Shown one piece after another: positions 39,707 to 50,393 of a stretch of DNA of 64,000 nucleotides (the first letter of the stretch is position 1; every line of letters begins with the position of its first letter). The stretch is from an uncultured Methylomirabilota bacterium (GTDB lineage Bacteria > Methylomirabilota > Methylomirabilia > Methylomirabilales > 2-02-FULL-66-22): contig OY970067.1 of the NCBI GenBank assembly GCA_963705305.1, positions 4,896,001 to 4,960,000 on the forward strand, written 5' to 3'. Both the position numbers and the translations under genes were made by a program. Under the pieces are notes generated by a model. That model saw only the letters and a list, made by a program, of their open reading frames with translations. It searched no databases and was not told the origin of the DNA.

Positions 39707-40627
39707 ATGCGACGGGGGAGTGTCGCGGCATTCGTGGTGACGACGGCGCTCGGCCTCGGCCTGGCCGGGATCGGGTTTGCAGAGCGGGGCGATATGTGGC
39801 ATCCACGGGGTGCCCCGCCGCCCGCGCCCTCTCGGAGCATATCATCGCCCGCCCCTTCAGAGGGTATACCGCCGCTCCCGTCCTCGGGGGATCCCCCGCT
39901 GCCTGCCTGGCATCGGGGCCTCCACAGCCCCCCGGCGGTCCGGGAGCCGGTGATCGTCGGCCCCAGCATTTGGTGGGGGGAGCCCTGGTGGGGGGAGCCG
40001 AATTACTTTGACTATCCCTACGAGGCCCCGCCGGTGCTCGTCCAGGAGGCTCCGCCCGTCTTCCTCGTGCAGGAGGCCCCCGCGCCGCAGGTTTCGTATT
40101 GGTACTACTGCCCGAATCCCCCCGGCTATTACCCCTACGTTCGAACCTGCCCGGCTGGCTGGATGAAGGTCGTCCCGTCCCCCGCGGCCAGCCCGCCGGG
40201 GGCACCGGCCGCGCGGCCCAGCGTCTCGACCTACGAGGGCTCGCTCACCACCCTCATCCTGGCCCATCCCCCGGAGCTGGGGCTGACGCCCGAGCAGCTC
40301 GAGAAACTCCAGGCCTTGCGGGCCAGCTTCGAGCAGGCGGCGGCTCCGCGGGGCGCGGCCATCCAGGCGGCGGAGACCGATCTCCAGACGGAGCTGGCCA
40401 AGGAGCACTGGGATCTGCCCGCGATCGACGCCCTGGTCCGGCAGCTCGCCACCCTGCAGGGGGGGCTCCGCATGGAGCGGCTCAAGACGCTGGCCGCCGC
40501 GCAGGCCCTCCTCACGCCCGAGCAGCTGCAGAAGCTGCAGGCGATCGCGGGGGGGACGGCCCCCGCGGGCGCCCCGGGAGTGCCAGCCCCAAGCGCCCCG
40601 GGCGCACCGCCGCCCCCGCCGCAGTAG
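39707..40627 (+). CDS. Exported Pro-rich protein fused to a Spy/CpxP-like LTxxQ domain
   Basis: Signal peptide; YWYYCPNPPGYYPYVRTCPAGW; LGLTPEQ ... LLTPEQ. Confidence 0.7.
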   Translation: MRRGSVAAFVVTTALGLGLAGIGFAERGDMWHPRGAPPPAPSRSISSPAPSEGIPPLPSSGDPPLPAWHRGLHSPPAVREPVIVGPSIWWGEPWWGEPNYFDYPYEAPPVLVQEAPPVFLVQEAPAPQVSYWYYCPNPPGYYPYVRTCPAGWMKVVPSPAASPPGAPAARPSVSTYEGSLTTLILAHPPELGLTPEQLEKLQALRASFEQAAAPRGAAIQAAETDLQTELAKEHWDLPAIDALVRQLATLQGGLRMERLKTLAAAQALLTPEQLQKLQAIAGGTAPAGAPGVPAPSAPGAPPPPPQ

Positions 40628-41110
40628 GCCGCGCCTGACCGAAAACGAGTTTTTCAGCAGCCTGTTAGGCCCTCGCGGCCACTCACACCGCTGGGTCTAC
40701 CGGTGAGGATTGCCGCCGGGCCAGCGTCCGCCGCCCGGCTGATACCGTTGCGGGGCCTGGAAGGCCTTTGCTACAGTCATTCGAGCTTCCGGCTTCACTC
40801 CGGCCAGGGGGAGCAGATGTGCGCCTGCCGATCCTGGCGGCCGAGCCGGATTGTGACTCCCATCTTGTCCTGCGAGTTCCCACCGTAGTTCATCCGGTCT
40901 CCTTTTCCGGTTGCGCGGGGGCTGTGTCTTTGTGCATCGGTGTGCAATGTTCTGCCGGCCTTGTCCCTCTATGCTCCCGTCCTTTCAGCCCCATTTTGCA
41001 AGATGCCGCTTGACCTCTCCGTAACGGCGTGCTACAGGAGACGCGCATCTATGAGCGAAGACAGGGTCTTCGCGAATAATCCGGGCTAAGAGGCGGGAGG
41101 AGGATCTCTC

Positions 41111-41938
41111 ATGACCACCGACGACATCATGGAAGTGGCCCTGGATCTGGCGCAGCTCAAGGAGGTTCCGAGCGATTCCGGGGTGCACGTCCCCAGCGAC
41201 AACATCAAGAGGCTTTTTGCCACCATCGACTGCGACGTGGCCGACCTGCTCCTCGCGCGGGAGCTCAAGTGCGACGCGGTATTGACCCACCACCCCGAGG
41301 GGACGGCCTCCCTGAACGGCTGGATGGAGATCCGGCGCCAGATCGAGCAGATGGAGGAGTACGGCGTCCCGGTGACTTGGGCCGAGGCGGCCATCCAGCG
41401 GCGGATGCGGGCGGTGGAAATCGGCAGCCACACCCGGAATTACGGGCGGGTGGTGCAAGCCGCCCAGCTCCTGAAGATGCCCCTGCTGAACGTCCATCTG
41501 CCCTGTGATATTATCACGCGCCGGATGTTGACAGAAAAGATGGGCCCCTTCACCCTCCCCCAGAACAACGCCAAAGTGGCCGACGTTGTGGCCACCCTCC
41601 AGGAGTTTCCCGAGCTGAAGCAGGCCGCCACGCGGCCCAAGGTCTGCCTCGGCGCCCCGGAGCATCTGGCCGGACGGGTGGCCGTTGCCATGGCCGGCTA
41701 CACCAACGGCGGGGTGGATGTCCTCAAGGCCTACTTCGAGGCGGGCATCGGGACCGTCCTCATGATGCACTTCCCCGATGCAGACCTGCGCGAGGCCCGC
41801 GAGCAAAAGCTGGCCGGCAACCTGGTCATCACCGGTCATATGGCCACCGACTCGATCGGCCTGAATATCTTCTTGGACGAGCTGGAGCGCCATGGCTTGA
41901 AGATGGTCCGGGCTGGCGGCATCATCTCCGCCCGCTAA
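41111..41938 (+). CDS. NIF3-like metal-binding hypothetical protein
   Basis: IDCD...DAVLTHHPEG, NVHLPCD, ITGHMATDSIG; RBS GGAGGAGG. Confidence 0.65.
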   Translation: MTTDDIMEVALDLAQLKEVPSDSGVHVPSDNIKRLFATIDCDVADLLLARELKCDAVLTHHPEGTASLNGWMEIRRQIEQMEEYGVPVTWAEAAIQRRMRAVEIGSHTRNYGRVVQAAQLLKMPLLNVHLPCDIITRRMLTEKMGPFTLPQNNAKVADVVATLQEFPELKQAATRPKVCLGAPEHLAGRVAVAMAGYTNGGVDVLKAYFEAGIGTVLMMHFPDADLREAREQKLAGNLVITGHMATDSIGLNIFLDELERHGLKMVRAGGIISAR

Positions 41939-42107
41939 TTCAGCATCTTGCTGGTCCTCCGTCCCCGAAGTTCGCGTGATGATTCGCCGCCCCAACGGCC
42001 ACTCCTCCCGGCCCCGGGACCACATCCACCCGTTTGGGTGGGTATCCGGCGCTGTTCGGCCTGCGTCCGGTCTCCGGCTGGGCACCCGAGACTCCCGCTA
42101 TTCTCCT

Positions 42108-42136
42108 TTGACCTGACGAACCTATTGCGCTAGAGT
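42108..42136 (+). promoter_or_regulatory. Candidate sigma70 promoter
   Basis: TTGACC-17bp-TAGAGT upstream of the M20 peptidase. Confidence 0.45.
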
Positions 42137-42188
42137 CTCGCCTCGTCGAGTCCCCGTCCCTCTACTCCCCCTTTGCCTGGAGGACCCT

Positions 42189-43565
42189 ATGCACCCGGCG
42201 ATCGGTTACATCCAGGAGCGGCGCGAGGCCTTTCTCGAAGAGCTGAAGGTCTTCCTCCGCATCCCCAGCGTCAGCACCACCCCCGAGCACAAGCCGGACG
42301 TCCAGCGGGCGGCCGAATGGTTGTGCGACCACATGCGGGCCATCGGCCTCGAGCATGTCCAGATCTTCCCGACTGCCGGCCACCCGGTGGTGTACGCGGA
42401 CTGGCTGCACGCCCCCGGGAAGCCCACCGCCCTCGTCTACGGCCATTACGACGTGCAGCCCGCCGAACCCCTCGACCTCTGGCTCACCGGCCCCTTCGAC
42501 CCCACCATCCGCAAGGGAGAGCTGTACGCCCGGGGGGCCGTGGACGATAAGGGGCAGGTGTTCATGCACCTCAAGGCGTTGGAGGCACACCTCAAGACGC
42601 GAGCGAGCCTGCCGGTGAACGTGAAGCTCCTCATCGAGGGGGAAGAGGAGATCGGCAGCCCCAACCTGGATCCCTTCATCCAGGCGCGCCAAGCCCTTCT
42701 CAAGACCGACGTGATCGTGGTCTCCGATTCGAGCATGATCGCCAAGGGCGTTCCCGGCATCACCCACGGTCTGCGGGGATTGATCTATTTCCAGATCGAT
42801 GTCGAGGGAACCAAGAGCGATCTGCACTCCGGCGGATTCGGGGGCGCGGTGATCAACCCCGCGTATGCCCTGGCCCAGATCCTGTCCCAGCTCAAGGACA
42901 AGAACGGTCGCATCACCGTCCCGGGATTCTACGACAGCGTGCGACGGCTGACCCCCGCCGAGCGGCGGGCCCTGGCCCGGCTTCCCTTCAACGAGCGGAA
43001 GTTCCAGAAAGAGCTCGGCGCCCCGGCCCTCTTCGGCGAGAAGGGCTTCACCACGTTGGAGCGCATCTGGACCCGCCCCACGATGGAGATCAACGGCATG
43101 CTCAGCGGCTTCACCGGCGAAGGGTCCAAAACGGTGCTCCCGGCCCGCGCCATGGCCAAGGTCAGCATGCGGCTGGTTCCCGACCAGGATCCCAAGAAGA
43201 TCGCCCGGCTCTTCACGCAGCATGTCGTGCGGCTGAGCCCCAAGAGCGTGCGCGTCACAGTGCGGGAGATCTCCGGCCGCGGGACCCCCTGGCTGGCCCC
43301 CACCGACGACCCCGCCGTGCAGGCGCTGGCGCGGGCCATCCAGAAGGGCTTCGGCAAGAAGCCGGTCTACACGAGGATGGGCGGCACCATCCCGATCGTC
43401 CCCACGCTGGCCCGGGTTCTCAAGGCTTCCTGCCTGCTCATGGGCATCGGCCTCCCCGACGAGAACGCCCACGCCCCCAACGAGAAGCTGAACCTGGACA
43501 ACCTCCACCACGGGATGCTGTCCGCCGTTCACCTCTTGGACGAGCTGGCCACCGCGTCGCTGTAG
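42189..43565 (+). CDS. M20-family metallodipeptidase
   Basis: YGHYDVQP, ARGAVDDKGQ, EGEEEIGS, DLHSG, GGTIP, HAPNEK. Confidence 0.93.
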   Translation: MHPAIGYIQERREAFLEELKVFLRIPSVSTTPEHKPDVQRAAEWLCDHMRAIGLEHVQIFPTAGHPVVYADWLHAPGKPTALVYGHYDVQPAEPLDLWLTGPFDPTIRKGELYARGAVDDKGQVFMHLKALEAHLKTRASLPVNVKLLIEGEEEIGSPNLDPFIQARQALLKTDVIVVSDSSMIAKGVPGITHGLRGLIYFQIDVEGTKSDLHSGGFGGAVINPAYALAQILSQLKDKNGRITVPGFYDSVRRLTPAERRALARLPFNERKFQKELGAPALFGEKGFTTLERIWTRPTMEINGMLSGFTGEGSKTVLPARAMAKVSMRLVPDQDPKKIARLFTQHVVRLSPKSVRVTVREISGRGTPWLAPTDDPAVQALARAIQKGFGKKPVYTRMGGTIPIVPTLARVLKASCLLMGIGLPDENAHAPNEKLNLDNLHHGMLSAVHLLDELATASL

Positions 43566-43704
43566 GCGGCTCGCGCCCCTCGTGTTCACACATCGACGGC
43601 CCGGAGGGATCCCCCCTTCGGGCCGTTGGCGTCTCCGGGAAAGGAAAGGAGCATCGCCCGGGCAGGCCCTGCCGAGCCGAGCACCACAGCACCTGGCGGT
43701 CGGG

Positions 43705-44637
43705 TTACTGCCGGAGGCGGGGGTCCAGGGTGTCGCGCAGGCCGTCGCCGAAGAGGTTGAAGCCGACCACCACGACCATGATGGCCAGGCCGGGGATGGT
43801 GGCCACGTGGGGGGCCACGATCAGGTAGCTGCGGGCGTTGGACAGCATGGCGCCCCACTCCGGCGTAGGAGGCTGCACGCCGAGCCCGAGGAAGCTAAGG
43901 CCCGCGGCTGTGAGGAGGACCGTGGCCATGCGGAGGGTGGCCTGCACGATCAGAGGCGCCAGGCTGTTGGGCAGCAGGTGCCGGAACAGGATGCGCCCGC
44001 TCCTGCTCCCCAGCGCCAGGGCCGCTTCCACGAACTCCCGCTCCTTGAGCTGCAGGATGGAGCCGCGGACGATGCGGGCGAAGGCCGGGATGGTGCTGAT
44101 GCCCGCCGCCAGCATGAGGTTGAAGAGCCCGGTTCCCAGGGCCGCGATAATCGCCAAAGCGAGGAAGATGCTGGGAAAGGCCAGGAGGACGTCCATGGCC
44201 CGCATGATGAGGTTGTCCACCTGGCCGCCCAGGTACGCGCCCACGGCCCCCAGCGTGACCCCGATCAGCAGCGACAGAGACACCGCCACGATCTGGATCT
44301 GGAGCGAGATGCGGGCCCCGTAGATGATGCGGCTGAACAGGTCCCGGCCCAGCTCGTCCGTCCCGAACCAGTGGGCGAGGCTGGGTGTCTGGAGCCGATC
44401 CTGGAGCCGGCCCTGGAGCGGATCATAAGGAACGAGCAGGGGAGCGAAGATCGCCAGGAGGACAAAGACGGCGACGACGGCGGCCCCCACAACGGCGGCC
44501 CGGTTGCGCCGCAGGCGCCGCCACAGCTCGGCCAGCTCCCCGCGACGGTGCGCCATTCTCGAGGCCTGCTCCGCTCCGGTCCGAGCCGCGGCATTCCCCG
44601 CCGCCGTCTCGCCCGCCCCCTCGTCGTGTTCACTCAT
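43705..44637 (-). CDS. Peptide ABC transporter permease (DppC/GsiD-like)
   Basis: HWFGTDELGRDLFSRIIYGARISL, EFVEAALALG, LSFLGLG...PEWG. Confidence 0.93.
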   Translation of the reverse strand: MSEHDEGAGETAAGNAAARTGAEQASRMAHRRGELAELWRRLRRNRAAVVGAAVVAVFVLLAIFAPLLVPYDPLQGRLQDRLQTPSLAHWFGTDELGRDLFSRIIYGARISLQIQIVAVSLSLLIGVTLGAVGAYLGGQVDNLIMRAMDVLLAFPSIFLALAIIAALGTGLFNLMLAAGISTIPAFARIVRGSILQLKEREFVEAALALGSRSGRILFRHLLPNSLAPLIVQATLRMATVLLTAAGLSFLGLGVQPPTPEWGAMLSNARSYLIVAPHVATIPGLAIMVVVVGFNLFGDGLRDTLDPRLRQ

Positions 44638-45550
44638 ACCGGATCCGTGGATCAAAGAAGGCGTAGGTCAAGTCGGTCAGGAGGTTCACCAGGACAAAGG
44701 TCGCGGCCACCACCATCATGGCCCCCTGGACCACCTGGTAGTCCCGGGCGAAGATCCCTTCGACCAGAAGCCGCCCGATCCCCGGCAGGGAGAAGACCGT
44801 CTCGGTGAGGACCGCCCCCCCCAGCATCTGCCCGAACTCCAGCCCAAACACGGTCAGGATCGGGATCATGGCGTTCTTCAGCGCGTGGCGGAAGATGACC
44901 ACCGCCTCCCGGTAGCCCGTCGCCCGCGCCGTCCGAATATAGTCCTGGCGGGTCACCTCGAGCATGGAGGCTCGGGTCATGCGGGCGATCACCGCCGCCG
45001 AGGCGCTCCCCAGGGCCACGGCGGGCAGGATGAGATGGCCGAGGCCGCCGGTCCCTCCTGCGGGGAACCAGTGCAGCCTCACCGAGAAGACCAGGATCAG
45101 CAGGAGCGCCAGCCAGAAGATCGGCATCGAGATGCCGAAGAGGGCGCCCAGCATGCTGGCGGTGTCGAACAGGGAGTACTGGCGGATGGAGGAGATGATC
45201 CCGGCCAGCAACCCGATGAGCGAGGCCACCAGGATGCTGACCAGGGAGAGCTGCAGGGTGAAGGACAGGCGCTGCAGCAGGAGCTCCTTCACCGGGTGGC
45301 GGGTCTCGATGGAGATCCCCAGGTCCCCGTGCGCCGTGTTCCACACGAACCGGCCGAACTGCACGACCAGCGGCTTGTCCAGGCCGTACTCGTGTCGGAT
45401 CCGCGCGATATCCTGCGCCGTGGCCTCCTGTCCCCCCAGAATCTCGGCCGGATCCCCCGGCACGAGATGCAGCAGGGAGAACGAGACGAGGGCCACCCCG
45501 AACAGGACAGGGATCAACATGAAGATGCGTCGCAGGATATAGGCAGCCAT
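44630..45550 (-). CDS. Peptide ABC transporter permease (DppB/GsiC-like)
   Basis: YILRR...PGDPA, DYIRTARA, HALKNA, ETVFSLPGIG. Confidence 0.93.
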   Translation of the reverse strand: MAAYILRRIFMLIPVLFGVALVSFSLLHLVPGDPAEILGGQEATAQDIARIRHEYGLDKPLVVQFGRFVWNTAHGDLGISIETRHPVKELLLQRLSFTLQLSLVSILVASLIGLLAGIISSIRQYSLFDTASMLGALFGISMPIFWLALLLILVFSVRLHWFPAGGTGGLGHLILPAVALGSASAAVIARMTRASMLEVTRQDYIRTARATGYREAVVIFRHALKNAMIPILTVFGLEFGQMLGGAVLTETVFSLPGIGRLLVEGIFARDYQVVQGAMMVVAATFVLVNLLTDLTYAFFDPRIRYE

Positions 45551-45675
45551 GAGCGCGGGGGTCCGGAATCACGGCTCAAGGTTCGGATGAGGACGAGGTG
45601 GGATGGAGGGTGGGCCCCCCGACACCCGGAGCCCACCCTCACGATCCGAACCCGGAATGATGCTCGTGAGCGGAG

Positions 45676-47232
45676 CTACTTCTCCTTCCAGGTATCCTTG
45701 GTGGCGTACACCAGCTCCAAGGGGGAGTTCACGATGTCGTGGACTTTCAGGGACATCCCCACGGTCTCCTTGGTCGCCAGCAGGTAGATCCCCTCCGGGT
45801 CCTTGACCAGGATCTCCTGGGCCTCCCTCAGGTACTTGTCCCGCTGCTGCATGGTGGTGGAGGCCACCGCCCTGGCGATATCTTCGTCCATCTGTTTGTT
45901 GCAGTAGAAGGAGTCGTTCGAGCCCTGGGGGCGCCACTGGTCGCAGGAGGCGATGGGGTAGATCCCCCAGCGGACCTCCCCCGTGGATGGCGCCCAGCCG
46001 ATCAGGTACAGCTCCTGCTTGGCCTCATCCTTCGGCTTGCGCATGATCGCCATGTAGTTCCCCCACTCGAATGTCTCCAGCTTGGCCTTGACGCCGACCG
46101 CCGCCAGTTGCTGCTGGACGGCCTGGGCCAACTCGTAGTCCTTCAGGTACCGACCCTTGGGGGTCCACAGGCTGATCTCGAACCCGTTGGGATAGCCCGC
46201 CTCGGCCAAGAGCTCCTTGGCCTTGGCCGGGTCATAGGGGTAGCCCTTCACGGGGGCGTACCCGGTCACCAGGGGGCCCACCAGGGTGGGGACCACCGCC
46301 GCCATCCCCTGGTAGATGTTGTCCACGATGGACTGCTTGTTCACCGCGTAGTTCAACGCCTGGCGCACCCGGACATCATCCAGGGGCTTCTTGGTCACGT
46401 TGAAGGCGATCCGCAGGGCGCGGTTGCTCTGCTCGGCGTAGATCCGGACCTTCCCCTCGCGCATCAGCCGCGGCACCTCCTCCGGCGGGATGCGGACGAT
46501 CAGGTCGTAGTCCCCGGCCTCCAGGCCCAGCACCCGGGCGGAGTCCTCGCGGACCGTCTTCACGATGATTTTCTCCAACAGCGGCTTCCCTGCGTAGTAG
46601 TCGTCGTTCCGCACCAAGGTGACGTGATCGCCGCGTACCCACTCCACGAATTTGAACGGGCCGGTCCCCACCGGATGCAAGGTAAGGTCTTTACCCCATT
46701 TCTTGTGGGCCGTCGGGCTGACAATCCCCGACGCGCTGTGGGCCAGGTTGTTCAGGAAAAAGGCGTAGGGGACCTTCAAGTTGAAGCGCACCGTGTACTC
46801 GTCCACCACGTCCACCGACTTGATGATGGGATCGTGGAGACCGGACTTGAGAGGCTTCTCCGGCCCCAGGAAGCGGTCGAAGTTGTACTTGACCGCCTCC
46901 GCGTTGAACGGCGTGCCGTCGTGGAATTTGACGCCCTTCCGCAGCTTGAAGGTCCAGGTGAGCCCGTCCTTCGACTGGGTCCATTCCGTCGCCAGGTCGG
47001 GATGGATCTTCACCTTGGCGTCGAAGGCCACCAGGTAGTTGTACATCATGTGGCCGAAGGCTTCCCCGGTATTGCTGTCCGTGTTGGCCGGGTCCAGGCT
47101 GTCGGGGTCGGCCCCGGCAGCGTAGATCAGCGTGCCGCCGCTCTGCGGCTGCATCGCCGCCCAGGCGGCCGGCGAGAGCGCCAGCGCCCCCACCAGGACT
47201 GCGGACAGAAACCACCATTCTGCGCGTCGCAT
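45676..47232 (-). CDS. Peptide/glutathione-type (family 5) ABC substrate-binding protein
   Basis: Signal peptide; LRKGVKFHDGTPFNAEAVK, VGTGPFKF; heads the permease operon. Confidence 0.93.
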   Translation of the reverse strand: MRRAEWWFLSAVLVGALALSPAAWAAMQPQSGGTLIYAAGADPDSLDPANTDSNTGEAFGHMMYNYLVAFDAKVKIHPDLATEWTQSKDGLTWTFKLRKGVKFHDGTPFNAEAVKYNFDRFLGPEKPLKSGLHDPIIKSVDVVDEYTVRFNLKVPYAFFLNNLAHSASGIVSPTAHKKWGKDLTLHPVGTGPFKFVEWVRGDHVTLVRNDDYYAGKPLLEKIIVKTVREDSARVLGLEAGDYDLIVRIPPEEVPRLMREGKVRIYAEQSNRALRIAFNVTKKPLDDVRVRQALNYAVNKQSIVDNIYQGMAAVVPTLVGPLVTGYAPVKGYPYDPAKAKELLAEAGYPNGFEISLWTPKGRYLKDYELAQAVQQQLAAVGVKAKLETFEWGNYMAIMRKPKDEAKQELYLIGWAPSTGEVRWGIYPIASCDQWRPQGSNDSFYCNKQMDEDIARAVASTTMQQRDKYLREAQEILVKDPEGIYLLATKETVGMSLKVHDIVNSPLELVYATKDTWKEK

Positions 47233-47428
47233 CAGCACATCCTCCTCTCTTCGTGTCGGGCCCGCCGTGGGGTCCTCGATCCGTGCGAGAGCGATAGGGA
47301 GACGGAGCATATCAGACACGTCACGGGACAGGCAAGCACCTTGTGGGCCAGCATCCCGGCGGCGGGGCGGACGCGGCGCGAGGCCCGGCAGCCCGCCCGG
47401 CATCCCGGGCCTCGCAGGCCGGATACGC

Positions 47429-48337
47429 TTACACCTTGGCCCAGGCGTCCATCAGGGTTCGCTTGGCGTTGGCGATGACCACGCCAGACGTCTCGTCGCC
47501 GTAGGGCTTCACCTCGAAGGCCACCACGGGCCGGCGCCCCCTGGCCAGGTACTCGATCTCGAAGAGGGCCTTCAAATACTCGACCAGCTGGGGCACGTCG
47601 TTCTCGCCCCCGGGCGTACCGAAGCGGGGGTGCAGGTCGCCGTACAGGGAGTGCCCCTGCTGCTTCACGGCGTTCCCGATGTGGATGTGGGCGATGTTGG
47701 ATTTCTTGAGGGTGCCGAAGACCTTCTTGGGACTCTCGTCCTGGATGGGCAGGTGGCTCAGGTCGATCATGATCCCGAAGTCGGGGAACTCCTTGCGCAC
47801 GGCCTGCGCCAGCTTCAGGGCGTCCCTGGCGGGGCCGATCAGGCATTTCTTGTCGTACTTCGAATCGAAGCTCTCCACGATGAAGCGGAGCCCCCGCGCC
47901 TTGCTGTAGGCGCACAGCTCCTTGACCGTGTCGATGAAGATCTTCATGGCCTCGTCGCGCCGCTCGCCCGGATCCACGCCGCTCAGGACCGCCAGCGCCG
48001 AGGCCCCCACCTCGGCCGCCTCGTCGGCGCACGCCTTCACCTGGTCCACCGCCCGCTTCCGCTCGGTCGCGTCGAAGCTGTTCAGGTTCAGCTTCTGGGA
48101 CAGCAGACACGGCTGCGCCCCGTAGCCAACGGTCATGTGGCTGGCGGCCAGCAGCTTCTTGACGCGCTGGCGCTCGGCCGTGTCCTTGATCCAGGTGATC
48201 TCCACCGCCGAAAAGAATTCGTCCTCCACGATCCTCGTGAGCGTGTCGTAGACGGGCCCCTCGCCCTTCGTGCACTCGGGAAACGCCATGAAGTGAACGA
48301 TGCCGACCTGCATGTAGCTCTGGAGCGAATCGCGCAT
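47429..48337 (-). CDS. Sugar phosphate isomerase/epimerase (xylose isomerase-like TIM barrel)
   Basis: RBS GAGGAGG; IVESFD, IDLSHL, HIHIGN, AFEVKP. Confidence 0.8.
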   Translation of the reverse strand: MRDSLQSYMQVGIVHFMAFPECTKGEGPVYDTLTRIVEDEFFSAVEITWIKDTAERQRVKKLLAASHMTVGYGAQPCLLSQKLNLNSFDATERKRAVDQVKACADEAAEVGASALAVLSGVDPGERRDEAMKIFIDTVKELCAYSKARGLRFIVESFDSKYDKKCLIGPARDALKLAQAVRKEFPDFGIMIDLSHLPIQDESPKKVFGTLKKSNIAHIHIGNAVKQQGHSLYGDLHPRFGTPGGENDVPQLVEYLKALFEIEYLARGRRPVVAFEVKPYGDETSGVVIANAKRTLMDAWAKV

Positions 48338-48489
48338 GGGGTATTCCTCCTCGTGCAGAGAAAGAGACCGAACACGCCGAAGCCGATCCGCGGGCGGCTT
48401 CCGTATGCGACCTCCCGTCCGCCTGGACCGCGGAGGGCGCCCTCTCCGTGCGGCACCCTCTGGACCGGCCCGGCCTCCCGGGAGGGGAA

Positions 48490-49170
48490 TTAGCGCTCCC
48501 CGTCGCGGGCCGCCTCCAGGAGCCGGACCGCCCGGGTCGGGTTGAAGATCCCGCAGGAGCAGAAGCGGGCCAGGGTGGCGGCGGCGGCGGCCGGGGACCG
48601 GCGCCCCTCTTTCACCCAGTCGCACATCTTCTGGGCCAGGGCATGGCTGACCATGCCGTGGCCGCACATGCTGGACAGCGCCAGGACGGTCGGCGGAGGC
48701 AGCTGGCCGAGGTCCCCCCGGAAGCCCAGGGAGTACTCCACGCTGTGCCGGGGGCACCCGACCTGCTGGGCGCACGCCTGCACCGGGGCGGTGAGACCGC
48801 TCACGTTGATCGAGAGGCCGAGGTCGGCGGCCTTCAGGTCGGCCAGGCAGGCCCGCACGGCGGCCAGGTTGTCGAAGACGGCGGCGACCACGGAGGGGCT
48901 GTCGATGCTCGCGAGGACCGCCTGGGGGTCGCGCTCGTCCAGGCGATGCCAATGGATCCCGGGGGTGAGGGAAGGACTCGGGTGGTACAGCCCCCCCTTC
49001 ACGCCGTTCCCGACGTTCACGGGGCGATGTCCTAGGGCGCACGCCAGGAAGGCCCGAAGCTTGGCGGGGGCGTCGGCGTCATCGTTCAGCCCCCGGGCGG
49101 GCATGGCGAAGACGATATAGTCGTCTTGGAAGCTCGCCGGGGGCCCGGCGCGGTGCAAGGTGTTGGTCAT
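48490..49170 (-). CDS. Uncharacterised Cys-motif protein
   Basis: ATGA-coupled to the upstream gene; MTNTLHR, SMCGHGMV, FCSCGIFNPTRA. Confidence 0.75.
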   Translation of the reverse strand: MTNTLHRAGPPASFQDDYIVFAMPARGLNDDADAPAKLRAFLACALGHRPVNVGNGVKGGLYHPSPSLTPGIHWHRLDERDPQAVLASIDSPSVVAAVFDNLAAVRACLADLKAADLGLSINVSGLTAPVQACAQQVGCPRHSVEYSLGFRGDLGQLPPPTVLALSSMCGHGMVSHALAQKMCDWVKEGRRSPAAAAATLARFCSCGIFNPTRAVRLLEAARDGER

Positions 49171-49985
49171 GGGGTCGCCTCCGGGGGCCGGGTCCGGCGC
49201 CCCAAGCCGAGGTTGGTCTTCCCGCGGACGACGGCGTAGCCCTCCCGCGTGAGAAGGGGAGCCAAAGCGTCGCTCCCGTCGGCCTCGCAGCGGGCGGCCA
49301 CCCCCACCGCCACAACCGTCTCCAGGGTAGCCGCCACTTCTTCCACACGTCGGAGGACGGCGGGAAGGTGGCCCAGCGAGGTCTTCAGCTCCACGATGGC
49401 CGAGAGGACTTTTTCGTCCAAGATATCGGGCCGGATGGTGCCGGCGACCGGGTCGTCCAGCAGGCTGAAGACGGGGTTCTTGGGCTCGAAGGTGATGGGG
49501 AGGGCGGCCAGGGCACGAGTCATGGTCTGGACGTCGCGGAAGCGAACTCCCACTCCGGGGCGGCCGAATTCCACGGTGAGGCCCGCCTCCCCCTGTTGGA
49601 CGCGGCCGGTGACGTCGTTGGTCTTGACCTCCTCGGTCCCCCGGCCGTGGACCCCGGTGGACTCGTGGGGGACCAACGGGTCGCTGAAGGCCCGCCGGAT
49701 GATTCGGGGCCACGTCAGCTCCTGGGGGGTGAGGGCGTCGGTGGGGCAGACATCGGGCTCCGGCTCGAAGCGGAAGCGGGCCGCTTTTGCGAGGGCCCGG
49801 AGCGCTCGGACCAGGGGCGGCCATAGGTGCTCCTTACTCATCCCCCGGTAGCAGGTGTAGCACTCCACACAGGCGTCCTCCACCACCGTGGCCCGGCGGG
49901 TCTCCGGATCGATGTGAATGGCGCCCATGGGGCAGATGGGCACACAGTTCGCACAGGCCACGCACTTGAAGTGGTCGATGCGCAT
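49167..49985 (-). CDS. 4Fe-4S ferredoxin-domain protein of unknown function
   Basis: CVACANCVPICP and CVECYTC...VCP; GRGTEEVKTNDVTGR; EFGRPGVG. Confidence 0.85.
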   Translation of the reverse strand: MRIDHFKCVACANCVPICPMGAIHIDPETRRATVVEDACVECYTCYRGMSKEHLWPPLVRALRALAKAARFRFEPEPDVCPTDALTPQELTWPRIIRRAFSDPLVPHESTGVHGRGTEEVKTNDVTGRVQQGEAGLTVEFGRPGVGVRFRDVQTMTRALAALPITFEPKNPVFSLLDDPVAGTIRPDILDEKVLSAIVELKTSLGHLPAVLRRVEEVAATLETVVAVGVAARCEADGSDALAPLLTREGYAVVRGKTNLGLGRRTRPPEATP

Positions 49986-50064
49986 GTAGGAACCCCTTCT
50001 AACGGCTTGCGCCGATTGAGATCGAGACAGAGAAGGCGCATGTTGCTGGTTCCAACCAGCGCTC

Positions 50065-50094
50065 ATCATACTCAGCGGGCGAAGGCAGTGTCAA
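50065..50094 (-). promoter_or_regulatory. Candidate sigma70 promoter of the Fe-S operon
   Basis: Minus-strand TTGACA-18bp-TATGAT. Confidence 0.55.
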
Positions 50095-50245
50095 GCCTAG
50101 CAGCCCGCACGAAAGGCGATCCGCACATCCGCTGTCTGTCGATATGAGCCGTCTATTTCGTCCCCCGAGAAGGCGGTCCGCCCTGCCTCCAGTCCATGAG
50201 CGTGCCGGCATACTCCGGGAGGTCTCCGGCGGGCCAGAATCCCGC

Positions 50246-50275
50246 TTGACAGGCCCCGGACGCCGGGCCTAATGT
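50246..50275 (+). promoter_or_regulatory. Candidate sigma70 promoter of the sugar ABC operon
   Basis: TTGACA-18bp-TAATGT. Confidence 0.45.
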
Positions 50276-50393
50276 CATATATCCGCTCTCTTCCACCTAC
50301 CGGGCGCCTTGAACGGGTGCCGCCACGGACCCGGCCGCAGGCCGACGGCGGGTCTGGAACTTCCCCTCGGCCAATCGAACCAGGAGGTAGCAC

